From assembly GCA_903929425.1 (NCBI GenBank), contig CAIYUO010000110.1:12845-76844 (forward strand): a stretch of 64,000 nucleotides of DNA. The letters run 5' to 3'. Positions within the stretch are counted from its first letter, which is position 1; each line of letters opens with the position of its first letter. The stretch comes from an uncultured Bacteroidota bacterium. GTDB lineage: Bacteria > Bacteroidota > Bacteroidia > Chitinophagales > Chitinophagaceae. Below the pieces are notes generated by a model. It was not told the origin of the DNA. It saw only the letters and a list, made by a program, of their open reading frames with translations, and made no database searches. The translations under genes and the position numbers were made by a program. Below, in pieces: positions 36,220-45,999 of this stretch.

Positions 36220-37587
36220 ATGCAAGAAGCAGTTCAATCCTGTCGAAATTATTTTTTATCTGGCGCCACCCAATCCTATGATTTTAGGATCAGTCAGCTC
36301 AACAGATTAAAAAAAGTTGTGCTTGAGTATGAAAAGGAAATTTATCAAGCATTATATGTTGATTTAAAAAAAACAGACGAAGATGCTTGGGCCACAGAAA
36401 TTGGATTTTTTTTAAGTGAATTAAATGATACCATAGCGCATTTAAAAGGTTGGATGCAACCTGCAACTGTTTCGACCAATATGGTAAATCAGCCATCGAG
36501 TAGTTATATTATTTCGGAGCCTTTGGGTGTGGTATGTATTATCGCACCTTGGAATTATCCTTTTCAATTATTGTTCACACCATTAATTGGTGCCATCGCA
36601 GGAGGAAACTGCTGCGTGTTAAAACCAAGTGAGTTTGCACCTGAAACTGCAAAGGTGATGGGTAAAATTATTGACTCCCTTTTCCCTAAAAATTATATTT
36701 TATATCTGGAAGGAGAGGGTGCAACTGTTTTGCCACCATTGTTATCAGAGAACCGATTTGATCATATTTTTTATACAGGAAGCACGGTTGTTGGAAAAAT
36801 CATTTATAAATATGCAGCCGAACAATTAGTACCCGTAACACTTGAGCTAGGAGGTAAAAGCCCTGCTGTTATTACATCAAGTGCAAATATTAGAGTGGCA
36901 GCTAGACGATTAGCAAGTCCAAAATTTTCAAATGCAGGTCAAATGTGTATCGCACCTGATTATATTTTGGTACCCACTGATTTAAAAGACGAATTAATAA
37001 AAGAATTGATTAAAGCCATTGAATCCTTTTATGGGGAAGATGCTTCTTTATCCGAACATTATGGAAAAATAATTAATGATAAACAATGGTTGCGTTTAAC
37101 TAGCTATTTAGCGGATGGTGAAATTGTATATGGAGGTAAGTCAGATAGAGAAAAATTATTTATTGAGCCAACCATTATGACAGGGGTAAAGGTGGATGCA
37201 AAAATTATGCAAGATGAAATTTTTGGTCCTATTCTTCCGATTATTACTTATCAATCTAATGAAGAAGCATTAGCGGTGATTCAACAAAATCCTAATCCAC
37301 TAGCATTTTATGTTTTCACTGAAAACAAATCCGATGAACAGTATTGGTTAACCAATGTACCTTCGGGTGGTGCCTGTATTAATAATGCTACTATGCATAT
37401 AACAAATCACAATTTGCCCTTTGGTGGAAGAGGTTTTAGTGGAACGGGCGCTTATCATGGCAAATCAAGTTTTGATACTTTTACACATAAAAAATCTGTA
37501 TTGAAAACACCAACTTGGATTGACCCAAGTTTTAAATACCCTCCTTATAAAGGAAAAGCTTGGTTGCTTAAGCGATTAATCGGGTAG
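36220..37587 (+). CDS. Aldehyde dehydrogenase (ALDH3/coniferyl-aldehyde-DH-like)
   Basis: APWNYP, KPSE, FYTGS, LELGGKSP, NAGQMCIAPDY, EIFGP. Confidence 0.95.
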   Translation: MQEAVQSCRNYFLSGATQSYDFRISQLNRLKKVVLEYEKEIYQALYVDLKKTDEDAWATEIGFFLSELNDTIAHLKGWMQPATVSTNMVNQPSSSYIISEPLGVVCIIAPWNYPFQLLFTPLIGAIAGGNCCVLKPSEFAPETAKVMGKIIDSLFPKNYILYLEGEGATVLPPLLSENRFDHIFYTGSTVVGKIIYKYAAEQLVPVTLELGGKSPAVITSSANIRVAARRLASPKFSNAGQMCIAPDYILVPTDLKDELIKELIKAIESFYGEDASLSEHYGKIINDKQWLRLTSYLADGEIVYGGKSDREKLFIEPTIMTGVKVDAKIMQDEIFGPILPIITYQSNEEALAVIQQNPNPLAFYVFTENKSDEQYWLTNVPSGGACINNATMHITNHNLPFGGRGFSGTGAYHGKSSFDTFTHKKSVLKTPTWIDPSFKYPPYKGKAWLLKRLIG

Positions 37588-37656
37588 TTCATTTACGATT
37601 GAATTTATAATTTGAAAATACAAATTGGTGCTGGTTTGAAAAATAAAAAAAATATC

Positions 37657-38316
37657 ATGATAAAAATTGCCATCGCCCTAGCTGTTTTAGTTACTGCTAC
37701 TTTGTTAATGAAAAAAACAGGAATGTCATACCGACAATCTGTATTAAAAACATTGTACCCTGCTATCATGTGGACGAGCAAGGCAAGTGGTCGAAAACAA
37801 ATACAGACCAATAAAAATAATGCAATTCCATTGGTTTCTTTTTATTCCCTTTCAACAAAAGACATTAATGGGAAGGATTTTAATTTTGCTGATTTGAAAG
37901 GCAAAAAAGTATTAATTGTAAATACGGCAAGTGATTGTGGCTTTACGGGTCAATATGAAGCCTTGGAAAAATTATCCATTCAATATCGTGATCAATTAGT
38001 TGTCATAGGATTTCCGGCCAATGATTTTAAAGAACAAGAAAAAAGTGATAATACAAGTATTGAAAGCTTTTGTAAAAAAAATTACGGTGTGAGTTTTCCT
38101 TTAATGGAAAAATCAATAGTGATCAAAAAGAACCATCAAAATGAAGTTTATAAATGGTTGTCTGACATGACTATAAACGGTTGGTGTCATCAGGAACCTG
38201 CTTGGAATTTTTGTAAATACTTGATCAATGAACAAGGTGTGTTAATGCAGTATTTTCCTATGACCGTGGATCCTTTAGCACCAGAAGTGATTAGTGCTAT
38301 TGAAGCGAAATATTAA
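37657..38316 (+). CDS. Glutathione peroxidase family protein (Cys-type) with N-terminal hydrophobic anchor
   Basis: VNTASDCGFT.QY, GFPANDF..QE, WNFCKYLI. Confidence 0.9.
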   Translation: MIKIAIALAVLVTATLLMKKTGMSYRQSVLKTLYPAIMWTSKASGRKQIQTNKNNAIPLVSFYSLSTKDINGKDFNFADLKGKKVLIVNTASDCGFTGQYEALEKLSIQYRDQLVVIGFPANDFKEQEKSDNTSIESFCKKNYGVSFPLMEKSIVIKKNHQNEVYKWLSDMTINGWCHQEPAWNFCKYLINEQGVLMQYFPMTVDPLAPEVISAIEAKY

Positions 38317-39353
38317 TTTATGGGGCAGTGTTCGTGATAGTTTTCCAATACAATTTTACCTGACTCAATCACCATGCCTTTATACTGCTCTTTAATTTCA
38401 TCTAATACTGCTTCAATTTCAGCAGGGTCTGTGATACGCACTAATTTAGCACGATAGTCTTTGATACTTGGAAGGCCTTTTAAATAGTTTGCGTAATGCC
38501 TTCTCATTTCATTAATACCTGCAATAGGCCCCTTCCATGCTAATGATTTTTGTAAATGCTTTCTAGCGACTTCAACCCTTTCTTCAATAGTTGGATCGGC
38601 TCTTTTTTCGCCTGTTGCTATATAATGTTTGATCTCTCTAAATATCCAAGGATAACCAATAGCGGCACGTCCAATCATTATTCCATCAACTCCGTATTTG
38701 TTTTTATACTCTACCGCTTTTTCGGGTGAATTAATGTCCCCATTCCCAAAAATGGGTATGGTAATTCGAGGGTCATTTTTCACTTCTCCAATTAAGGTCC
38801 AATCAGCTTCTCCCTTATACATTTGCATACGAGTACGACCATGAATGGCTAGTGCTTTAATACCAACATCTTGTAATCGAGTTGCTACCTCACGAATATT
38901 TTTACTGTTATCATCCCAGCCTAATCTTGTTTTTACTGTCACCGGTAAATTAGTACTTTTTACAACCGCTTCTGTTAAACGAACCATTAAATCCAAGTCC
39001 TTTAATACTCCTGCTCCGGCACCTTTCATGGCTACTTTTTTTACAGGACATCCAAAATTAATATCAATTAAATCCGGATTTACCGTGTCTACAATTTTAG
39101 TACACAATGCCAAAGCTTCCTCATCGCCTCCAAATATTTGAATACCAATAGGCCGTTCGTAATCGTAAATGTCTAATTTCTGTTTACTTTTTATGGCATC
39201 ACGTATTAACCCTTCACTACTAATGAATTCAGTATACATTAAATCGGCGCCATTGTCCTTACAAACAGCTCGAAAAGGTGGATCGCTTACATCCTCCATT
39301 GGAGCGAGTAATAATGGGAAGTCCGGTAATTGTATATTGCCTATAGAAACCAT
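38313..39353 (-). CDS. dusB: tRNA-dihydrouridine synthase DusB
   Basis: LAPMED, DINFGCP, TVKTRLGW, HGRTR, NGDI, MIGRAAIG.PW. Confidence 0.95.
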   Translation of the reverse strand: MVSIGNIQLPDFPLLLAPMEDVSDPPFRAVCKDNGADLMYTEFISSEGLIRDAIKSKQKLDIYDYERPIGIQIFGGDEEALALCTKIVDTVNPDLIDINFGCPVKKVAMKGAGAGVLKDLDLMVRLTEAVVKSTNLPVTVKTRLGWDDNSKNIREVATRLQDVGIKALAIHGRTRMQMYKGEADWTLIGEVKNDPRITIPIFGNGDINSPEKAVEYKNKYGVDGIMIGRAAIGYPWIFREIKHYIATGEKRADPTIEERVEVARKHLQKSLAWKGPIAGINEMRRHYANYLKGLPSIKDYRAKLVRITDPAEIEAVLDEIKEQYKGMVIESGKIVLENYHEHCPIN

Positions 39354-39415
39354 ATGAATTCGTTATCTTGCATTTAATAAATACTGCTGCAAATGTAGCA
39401 ATAAAATGCATTTAG

Positions 39416-40339
39416 ATGAGTTATAACAATAGATCCCTTTTTTATATGCTTCCTGGAATGCGGTTGGCTATTCTTATAGCAGCTACCGGCATTAGTATGA
39501 TACTGGGTGCATTTATCACTTTTTCAGTTGTTGCAAATTATTTGCATGTAGGATTAGCGGATATCCAAAATGTTTTATTGCTGCCTAAAAACGCACATAT
39601 TTCCTTGTTTGCTAATGCATTCGCTTCGATTATTGCATTTTTGCTACCAAGCTTTGCAGTGGCATTTTTTTCAAAAGGACAAATGCTACAAACTCTCGGG
39701 TTCAAAAAAATTGAATCTGTTAAATGGGTTATGTGGGTGATTTTATTAGCACTTGCTGGTTTATTATTAAGTGGTGCAATGGCAACGTTAACCGAAAAAA
39801 TCCCAGTACCCATTACATTTAAACAATGGGCTGAGGAACTAGAAGCAAGTTATAAAAAAGCCATGATGGTCATGACGCAAATGAATTCAATTGGGGACTT
39901 GTTGATTAACTTATTTGCGGTGGCATTCATTCCTGCTATGGTGGAGGAATTATATTTTAGAGGTACTTTACAAAAAACACTTTCAGCATGGTCAGGCAAA
40001 CCAATCATTGCCATTGTAGTGACGGCTATTATTTTTAGTGCATTTCATTTCTCCTATTTTGGATTTTTATCAAGAATGGTATTAGGTATTGTTTTGGGGT
40101 TTATTTTTGAATATACAAGAACCATTTGGTTGCCTATTTTACTTCACTTCATAAACAATGGCATTGCTATTATTACTTTATACACCGTTAGAGGCGATCA
40201 ACAAAAAATGGATAAAGTAATGGATGAAAACTTACCCTTATATTGGGGTATCCTTGCAATAGGGTTAGTTGTTTATTTTTTACAATGTTTGAAAAAAGAC
40301 ACAAATTATGAAAGATTGGAAAAAAATATACTCGAATAA
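39416..40339 (+). CDS. CPBP/Abi family intramembrane metalloprotease
   Basis: EELYFRG, FSAFH, HFINN motifs in a multi-TM protein. Confidence 0.9.
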   Translation: MSYNNRSLFYMLPGMRLAILIAATGISMILGAFITFSVVANYLHVGLADIQNVLLLPKNAHISLFANAFASIIAFLLPSFAVAFFSKGQMLQTLGFKKIESVKWVMWVILLALAGLLLSGAMATLTEKIPVPITFKQWAEELEASYKKAMMVMTQMNSIGDLLINLFAVAFIPAMVEELYFRGTLQKTLSAWSGKPIIAIVVTAIIFSAFHFSYFGFLSRMVLGIVLGFIFEYTRTIWLPILLHFINNGIAIITLYTVRGDQQKMDKVMDENLPLYWGILAIGLVVYFLQCLKKDTNYERLEKNILE

Positions 40340-40526
40340 TAGTTTAGCTACCGCCATGATGGTAACTGATTTATTAATTCAAAATGAAGTACCTGCAAAA
40401 CTATTAGACCGACAAGATTCAGCTTATGTTTTTTTAGGTGAAGTAGAAGTATATGTACCTGATGAATTTATTAATACTGCACAAGCCGTTTTAAAAACAA
40501 TTGAGCAAAATACGTCAAAAGGATAA
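40308..40526 (+). CDS. DUF2007-like small protein
   Basis: W.KIY...A.M...L.QNEVP..LLDRQDSAY..LGEVEVYV. Confidence 0.7.
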   Translation: MKDWKKIYSNNSLATAMMVTDLLIQNEVPAKLLDRQDSAYVFLGEVEVYVPDEFINTAQAVLKTIEQNTSKG

Positions 40527-40556
40527 CGATAAACCTTATTTAAATATATAAAATAT

Positions 40557-41426
40557 ATGGCTTTTAATTTTTCGGTTTTGAAGGTGCGAGCATTGTCTGC
40601 ATTGGTTTTTGTTATTATTATGCTAGGCGGCCTGGTGTGGAATAACTATTCTTTTTTTACCTTATTTGTGGTCATTGCAATGGGTTGTTTATTTGAGTAT
40701 CAAAAATTGATAACACATATTTATCCCAATTATAAGTCTATTTCTATTTTCCATAAATGGGGATTTTACATACTTGCTGCTGGTATCTTGTTTACGCTTT
40801 CAGCTAAAACTTTACCATTTAAAAGTGAAATTTTTAAATTAGTAGGTACGAGGGTTGTACCAGTCATTTTAGGCATTATGATTATGGGTGATATTTTAAG
40901 TAAAAAAATTAGTTTGCAAAATTGGGCAATCAGTATTGCTGGCTTAATTTATATTCCCATGGGATTATCCCTTTTTTATCAAATTAAAGCATCACCTGTT
41001 TCAACTAATTATGGCAACTGGGATTTTGCGATACCATTGTTAATCATGGTCGCTGTTTGGGTGAATGACACCATGGCTTACTTAGTAGGATCGGTGATTG
41101 GGAAAAAACAAATTACAACAGTATCCCCCAATAAAACTTGGGAGGGGACCATAGGAGGCATGCTTATTTCCATTTTGGTAGTATCTCAAGCTACTGCCTA
41201 TTTTTTACCAGATTTAAATTCGAATACTGTTTTTTTAATTTGCCTGGTTTCGGTAATAGCTGGAAATTTTGGCGATTTTTTTGAAAGCAAGTTAAAAAGA
41301 ATGGCAGGCGTGAAAGACAGTGGAAGCATGATGCCAGGACACGGCGGATTTTTAGACCGATTTGATTCTATATTACTAGCAGGTCCATTTGTTTGGTTAT
41401 TACTTGATATTATGTATCATCAATAA
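40557..41426 (+). CDS. cdsA: Phosphatidate cytidylyltransferase
   Basis: WVNDTMAY, SPNKTWEG, GDFFES..KR..VKDSG..MPGHGGFLDRFDS. Confidence 0.96.
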   Translation: MAFNFSVLKVRALSALVFVIIMLGGLVWNNYSFFTLFVVIAMGCLFEYQKLITHIYPNYKSISIFHKWGFYILAAGILFTLSAKTLPFKSEIFKLVGTRVVPVILGIMIMGDILSKKISLQNWAISIAGLIYIPMGLSLFYQIKASPVSTNYGNWDFAIPLLIMVAVWVNDTMAYLVGSVIGKKQITTVSPNKTWEGTIGGMLISILVVSQATAYFLPDLNSNTVFLICLVSVIAGNFGDFFESKLKRMAGVKDSGSMMPGHGGFLDRFDSILLAGPFVWLLLDIMYHQ

Positions 41427-41459
41427 AATAGTTTTATATTCGCACATTAAATAAAGTTC

Positions 41460-42116
41460 ATGACCATACACAAAGAAGGAACCGCAACAATAGCATTAAC
41501 TGCCTTATTGGTAGGGGCTTTAAATATTGCTAATTTCTCATACTTATTCCCTGTTAGTTGCATTGCTGCTTGGGCGGTTTTTGTCATTACTTTAGGATTA
41601 TTTTTATTTATTGTTTCTTTTTTCAGAATGCCAAATAGAAATTGGACAAATGACGCCAATGCAATTGTTTCTCCAGCCGATGGTAAAGTAGTGGTCATTG
41701 AGGAAGTGCAACCGGATGAATACTACTCCGAAAAAAGAATACAAATAAGTGTTTTTATGAGTCCTGCCAATGTGCATGTAAACAGAACACCCATTGCTGG
41801 AAATATTATTTACAATCAATATCATCCTGGTAAATTTTTAGTTGCCTGGCATCCAAAGTCCTCAACTGATAATGAACGTTGGTCGGTTGTTATTGAAAAT
41901 GAAAAAGGAAGTATTTTATTAAAACAAATTGCTGGCGCATTAGCACGTCGTATTTGTAATTATGCTACTGTAGGCACTAAATTTGATCAAACAGCTGAAT
42001 ACGGGTTTATTAAATTTGGAAGTAGAGTGGACTTATTGTTGCCAATAGATACAAAAATAAATTGTAAAATCGGCGATGTTGTAAAAGGTGGTATTACTGT
42101 TTTAGCTAAATGGTAA
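41460..42116 (+). CDS. psd: Phosphatidylserine decarboxylase proenzyme
   Basis: FFR.P, SPADG, FMSP.NVH.NR.P, FGSRVD cleavage motif. Confidence 0.95.
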   Translation: MTIHKEGTATIALTALLVGALNIANFSYLFPVSCIAAWAVFVITLGLFLFIVSFFRMPNRNWTNDANAIVSPADGKVVVIEEVQPDEYYSEKRIQISVFMSPANVHVNRTPIAGNIIYNQYHPGKFLVAWHPKSSTDNERWSVVIENEKGSILLKQIAGALARRICNYATVGTKFDQTAEYGFIKFGSRVDLLLPIDTKINCKIGDVVKGGITVLAKW

Positions 42117-42143
42117 TTGAACAATTTTAAAATAATTTGAATA

Positions 42144-42180
42144 TAAAAAAAGGCCTCGATTTTATCGAGGCCTTTTTTTA
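42144..42180. terminator. Bidirectional intrinsic terminator
   Basis: TAAAAAAAGGCCTCGAT-ttt-ATCGAGGCCTTTTTTTA, perfect 17-bp arms. Confidence 0.9.
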
Positions 42181-42879
42181 TAAAATAGCCTCTAACTCTT
42201 TTAAATGTGTAATGGTATAGGTGGCTTGTACGGTAGGCACCGCATTAATGTGATTTACAAAAACGGAGTCCATTCCCATATTTATGGCACCCTGAATATC
42301 AGCACTTTCATTGTCACCAAGCATCAGGCTATATTCCAATTTTGCATTTGATTTTTGCAAAGCGTATTCAAAAATTTCTTTGTTGGGCTTTAAACTATTA
42401 CTTGCTTCAGAAGTAATTACCTCAATAAAAAAGGGCGCTAAATTTGAATTTTTAATTTTCTTAAACTGCACAGATTCAAAGCCATTAGTGATTAAGTGCA
42501 TTTGATATCCCTTGTTTTTTAAGTAATCCAAAATCTCAATAGTGTAGGGGAATAAATTTGTCTTATTGGGTAAAATGTCCAAGTAATCAACTGACATTTC
42601 TCTTGAAAGTTTTTCATCGGCAATTTTATAATCCAACAAGCTTAAATAAATACGCTTCCATCTTAATTCCTCCTGTTTAATAAACCCTTTTGTATACCTA
42701 TCCCATAGGCGATGATTATGAATGCTATACTGATCATAAAATGCATCAAAATCGTTGATTCCTTTGTCCGCCAAATTGTATTTATGGTGCAGGTCTAGCA
42801 AAGTTTGTTTAGAATTCATTTCAAAATCCCAAATAGTATGGTCAAGATCAAAAAACAAGTGTTGATAGGGCATGTTCAT
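42178..42879 (-). CDS. yjjG: YjjG-family HAD pyrimidine nucleotidase
   Basis: FFDLDHTIWDF, ITNGF..Q, KP..EIF, MLGDN..ADI.GA. Confidence 0.88.
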   Translation of the reverse strand: MNMPYQHLFFDLDHTIWDFEMNSKQTLLDLHHKYNLADKGINDFDAFYDQYSIHNHRLWDRYTKGFIKQEELRWKRIYLSLLDYKIADEKLSREMSVDYLDILPNKTNLFPYTIEILDYLKNKGYQMHLITNGFESVQFKKIKNSNLAPFFIEVITSEASNSLKPNKEIFEYALQKSNAKLEYSLMLGDNESADIQGAINMGMDSVFVNHINAVPTVQATYTITHLKELEAIL

Positions 42880-42959
42880 TATTGGTATTATTGAATACCG
42901 AACGAATTTACAATTTTGCTTACTATCTTTATCTTATATTATTATTAATTGATTTTATT

Positions 42960-43658
42960 ATGAATATTGTAATAACGGGAGCATCTCAGGGAATAGGATT
43001 TGCAATAGCGCAACAATTTGCTGCACATGGACACGATTTGTATTTAACAAGTAAAACACCGTCTTCTCTGGAGAAGGCAGTATCAGATTTACGAGCACAA
43101 TACCCATTAATTAATATTGAATATTTTGCTGCAGACCTTTCTCAAAAAGTCAATGTAGATGCTTTTTCAAAATGGTGTTTACAACAAACCCAACCTCATA
43201 TACTAATCAATAATGCTGGCAACTTTATGCCAGGTAAATTAATGGATGAGGGGGAGGGGCAATTACAGGATCAACTTGATACCAATTTGTTTTCAGCTTA
43301 TCATTTAACAAGGGCCTTATTGCCATCGATGCTTGCTTATAAATCAAGTCATATTTTTAATATCTGTTCAATTGCCTCATTAGGCGCATATGAAAATGGT
43401 GGCGCATACAGTATCAGTAAATTTGCTTTATTAGGCTTTTCAAAAAACTTAAGATTAGAATTAAAAGATAAGGGTGTTAAAGTAACTGCTGTATGCCCTG
43501 GGGCAGTATATACCAATAGTTGGTCAGGTTCAGGGGTCGATCCCAAAAGAATTATGGAGGCAAGTGATATTGCTAAAATGATTTATGCGGCAACCCAACT
43601 TAGTGATCAAGCAGTTGTAGAAGACATTATTATGCGACCTCAATTAGGAGACCTTTAA
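42960..43658 (+). CDS. Short-chain dehydrogenase/reductase
   Basis: TGASQGIG, INNAG, YSISK catalytic YxxxK; start moved to ATG 42960. Confidence 0.93.
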   Translation: MNIVITGASQGIGFAIAQQFAAHGHDLYLTSKTPSSLEKAVSDLRAQYPLINIEYFAADLSQKVNVDAFSKWCLQQTQPHILINNAGNFMPGKLMDEGEGQLQDQLDTNLFSAYHLTRALLPSMLAYKSSHIFNICSIASLGAYENGGAYSISKFALLGFSKNLRLELKDKGVKVTAVCPGAVYTNSWSGSGVDPKRIMEASDIAKMIYAATQLSDQAVVEDIIMRPQLGDL

Positions 43659-43697
43659 TTGGTAGACCTTTAATTTGGATAAATTCAAATTACTTTG

Positions 43698-43982
43698 TTA
43701 TAGTCTTTCTTCTGTATCATCAATTTTTGGTTTGGCATTAAAGCTTTCCCTTGCTTTTTTAGTAGCAGCCAATCTTTCTAAAATTACTTGAGCAATTAGT
43801 TTGCCAGCATCTTCTGTAGGATTGGAATTTAAAATATTTTTAAGCTTTGCTTCTGATACATCAATTCGATATAATATTTGGACTAATCTCGAAAAATCAT
43901 TTTTAATTAATTCATTGATAGTAGTTTCTAAAGTTGGTGTATCTAGCTTTTCGAGTGACTGTAGGTTAATTTCCATCATCAT
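43698..43982 (-). CDS. Conserved hypothetical helical protein
   Basis: DFSRLVQILYRIDVSE motif that I recognise as recurring in Bacteroidota; downstream of the TIGR02757 gene. Confidence 0.65.
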   Translation of the reverse strand: MMMEINLQSLEKLDTPTLETTINELIKNDFSRLVQILYRIDVSEAKLKNILNSNPTEDAGKLIAQVILERLAATKKARESFNAKPKIDDTEERL

Positions 43983-43996
43983 AAATTTTAATAGTC

Positions 43997-44782
43997 TTAA
44001 ATAAATTTTTCAATAACACCTAAGCTAAATAGCGCAAAGTCATATTTAACAGGGTCCTTTGCATCTAAAGTTCGGCAATAATCGGTTAACTCCAATGCTG
44101 CCTGCCAATCGGTTTGTGGTCTTTTTAATATGCCTATTGATCTTGATACCCTTGCCACATGCACATCAATGGGTATAATTAAGGCGCTAGGTTTAATACT
44201 TTTCCAAATGCCAAAATCAACCTTTTGTTCATCCTTTCTAACCATCCATCTCAAAAACATATTTAGTCTTTTGCATGTTGAACCACTTACAGGACTAGCA
44301 ATGTGTTTTTTTGTTCGTTTTGGTGAATCTTCCAATGACATAAAGTAGGTTTGAAAATGCGTTAGTGCAGCTTCAACTGATTTTATTTGCTTACCCGTTA
44401 CTTGGTTTGTAAAAAAGGCGGTTTCTAAACTTTGTTGATGCTGAAAGTGGTGCTTGAAAAATTCAATACAATACAAGGCATCAGTGTCATTAAAAGTGCG
44501 GTGTACAAAACCTATTATTTTTTTTAAATCCTTAGCATCGTGTTGTAAGCAAAATTCATAAGGAGCATGGTCCATTCTATTCAATAGTTCGTTGCTCTTA
44601 TTAATAATAGTGGTTCTGTTTCCCCATGCAAATATGGCTGCAAAAAAAGCAGCAATCTCTATGTCTTGCTGCTTTGTAAATTGATGCGGGATACAAATGG
44701 GATCTTTTTCAATGAAATCAATCTTATTGTACTGCCGAACTTTTTGGTCTAATAATTTCTTAATCTCTATTTGCTTACTCAC
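43997..44782 (-). CDS. TIGR02757 / DUF2400 family protein
   Basis: DPICIPH, AWGNR, CKRLNMFLRWMVRKD..VDFGIW, PIDVHV, DPVKYDFALF; GTG start. Confidence 0.9.
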   Translation of the reverse strand: MSKQIEIKKLLDQKVRQYNKIDFIEKDPICIPHQFTKQQDIEIAAFFAAIFAWGNRTTIINKSNELLNRMDHAPYEFCLQHDAKDLKKIIGFVHRTFNDTDALYCIEFFKHHFQHQQSLETAFFTNQVTGKQIKSVEAALTHFQTYFMSLEDSPKRTKKHIASPVSGSTCKRLNMFLRWMVRKDEQKVDFGIWKSIKPSALIIPIDVHVARVSRSIGILKRPQTDWQAALELTDYCRTLDAKDPVKYDFALFSLGVIEKFI

Positions 44783-44848
44783 TTTGTTTATTATCCTTTT
44801 CTCAAATATTTTGTTGCATTATCTTCTCAAATACATTGTTACATTATC
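44783..44848. repeat. About 2.5 tandem copies of a 25-bp unit filling the metB-TIGR02757 spacer
   Basis: TTCTCAAATATTTTGTTGCATTATC (44799-44823) vs TTCTCAAATACATTGTTACATTATC (44824-44848), 22/25 identical, plus a partial copy at 44783-44795. Confidence 0.8.
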
Positions 44849-45995
44849 CTATGGCTTGTTCCAAATCAGCAATGATATCTTCCACATCTTCTATGCCAAC
44901 ACTCAAACGAATTAAACCGTCGGCTAAACCATTCGCAATTCTTATATCTCTAGGAATAGATGCATGTGTCATGCTGGCTGGATGATTAATCAAAGATTCT
45001 ACACCTCCAAGGCTTTCAGCTAATGAAAATATTTTAGTGCTAGATAATACCTTGGTGGCTGCAGCAACACTATCATCCTTTAGGGTAAAACTCATCATGC
45101 CTCCAAATCCACGCATTTGCTTTTTGGCAATATCGTGATTAGGATGGTCTGGAAATCCACACCAGTATACCTTTGCTACTTTTGGATGCTGACGTAAATA
45201 GGCTGCTACCTTTTCGCCATTCTCACAATGTCGTTGCATTCTAACATGTAAGGTTTTGATTCCTCTTAAAACTAAAAAACAATCCTGCGGTCCTGGAACA
45301 GCACCTGTACTTTTTTGTATAAAATAAAGTTGGTCTCTTAACTCCGTATCATTTAACATTAAACAACCTTGTATTACATCGCTATGACCACCTAAATATT
45401 TGGTTGCTGAGTGCATGACAATGGTTGCACCGTCATCCAAAGGATTTTGTAAATAAGGTGAGGCAAATGTATTGTCCACGCATACAATACAATGATGTTT
45501 TTTACCAATTGCTGCAATTGCTGCTATATCAGTAATATTCATTAAAGGATTCGTAGGCGTCTCAATCCAAATTAATTTGGTTTTAGGAGTAATGGCTTCA
45601 GCAACGTTGTTGGCATTTGAAGTATCAACATAAATAAACTTGATACCCATTTTTTCATGCACTTTTGAAAATAATCGGTAGGAGCCACCATACATATCAT
45701 TCGCTGCAATGACTTCATCACCTGGAACTAACAAACGCATCACAGCATCCGTTGCAGCAACACCGCTTGCAAATGCTAAACCATATTTTCCATTTTCAAT
45801 GACAGCGAAGGCTTCTTCCAATGCAAAGCGGGTAGGGTTCTGACTTCTTGCATATTCATACCCCTTATGTACACCCGGTGCGGATTGAACATAAGTAGAT
45901 GTTTGATATATGGGTGTCATAATGGCTCCTGTGCTAGGATCAGGATGTGCACCAGCGTGTATGTATTTTGTTCCTAGATTATTTTTATGACTCAT
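44844..45995 (-). CDS. metB: Cystathionine gamma-synthase/lyase (Cys/Met metabolism PLP enzyme)
   Basis: PIYQTSTY, YARSQNPTR, YGGSYR, ETPTNP, DNTFASP, HSATKYLGGHSD; start moved to 45995. Confidence 0.9.
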   Translation of the reverse strand: MSHKNNLGTKYIHAGAHPDPSTGAIMTPIYQTSTYVQSAPGVHKGYEYARSQNPTRFALEEAFAVIENGKYGLAFASGVAATDAVMRLLVPGDEVIAANDMYGGSYRLFSKVHEKMGIKFIYVDTSNANNVAEAITPKTKLIWIETPTNPLMNITDIAAIAAIGKKHHCIVCVDNTFASPYLQNPLDDGATIVMHSATKYLGGHSDVIQGCLMLNDTELRDQLYFIQKSTGAVPGPQDCFLVLRGIKTLHVRMQRHCENGEKVAAYLRQHPKVAKVYWCGFPDHPNHDIAKKQMRGFGGMMSFTLKDDSVAAATKVLSSTKIFSLAESLGGVESLINHPASMTHASIPRDIRIANGLADGLIRLSVGIEDVEDIIADLEQAIG

Positions 45996-45999
45996 TTTA

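Noticed and set aside
2750-38316. Selenocysteine recoding in SelD or the glutathione peroxidase
   Set aside because: Both active sites are encoded by Cys codons in uninterrupted ORFs; no in-frame TGA is needed.
44783-44848. 25-bp repeats as a CRISPR array
   Set aside because: Units are directly adjacent with no unique spacers, there are only about 2.5 copies, and no cas genes are nearby.
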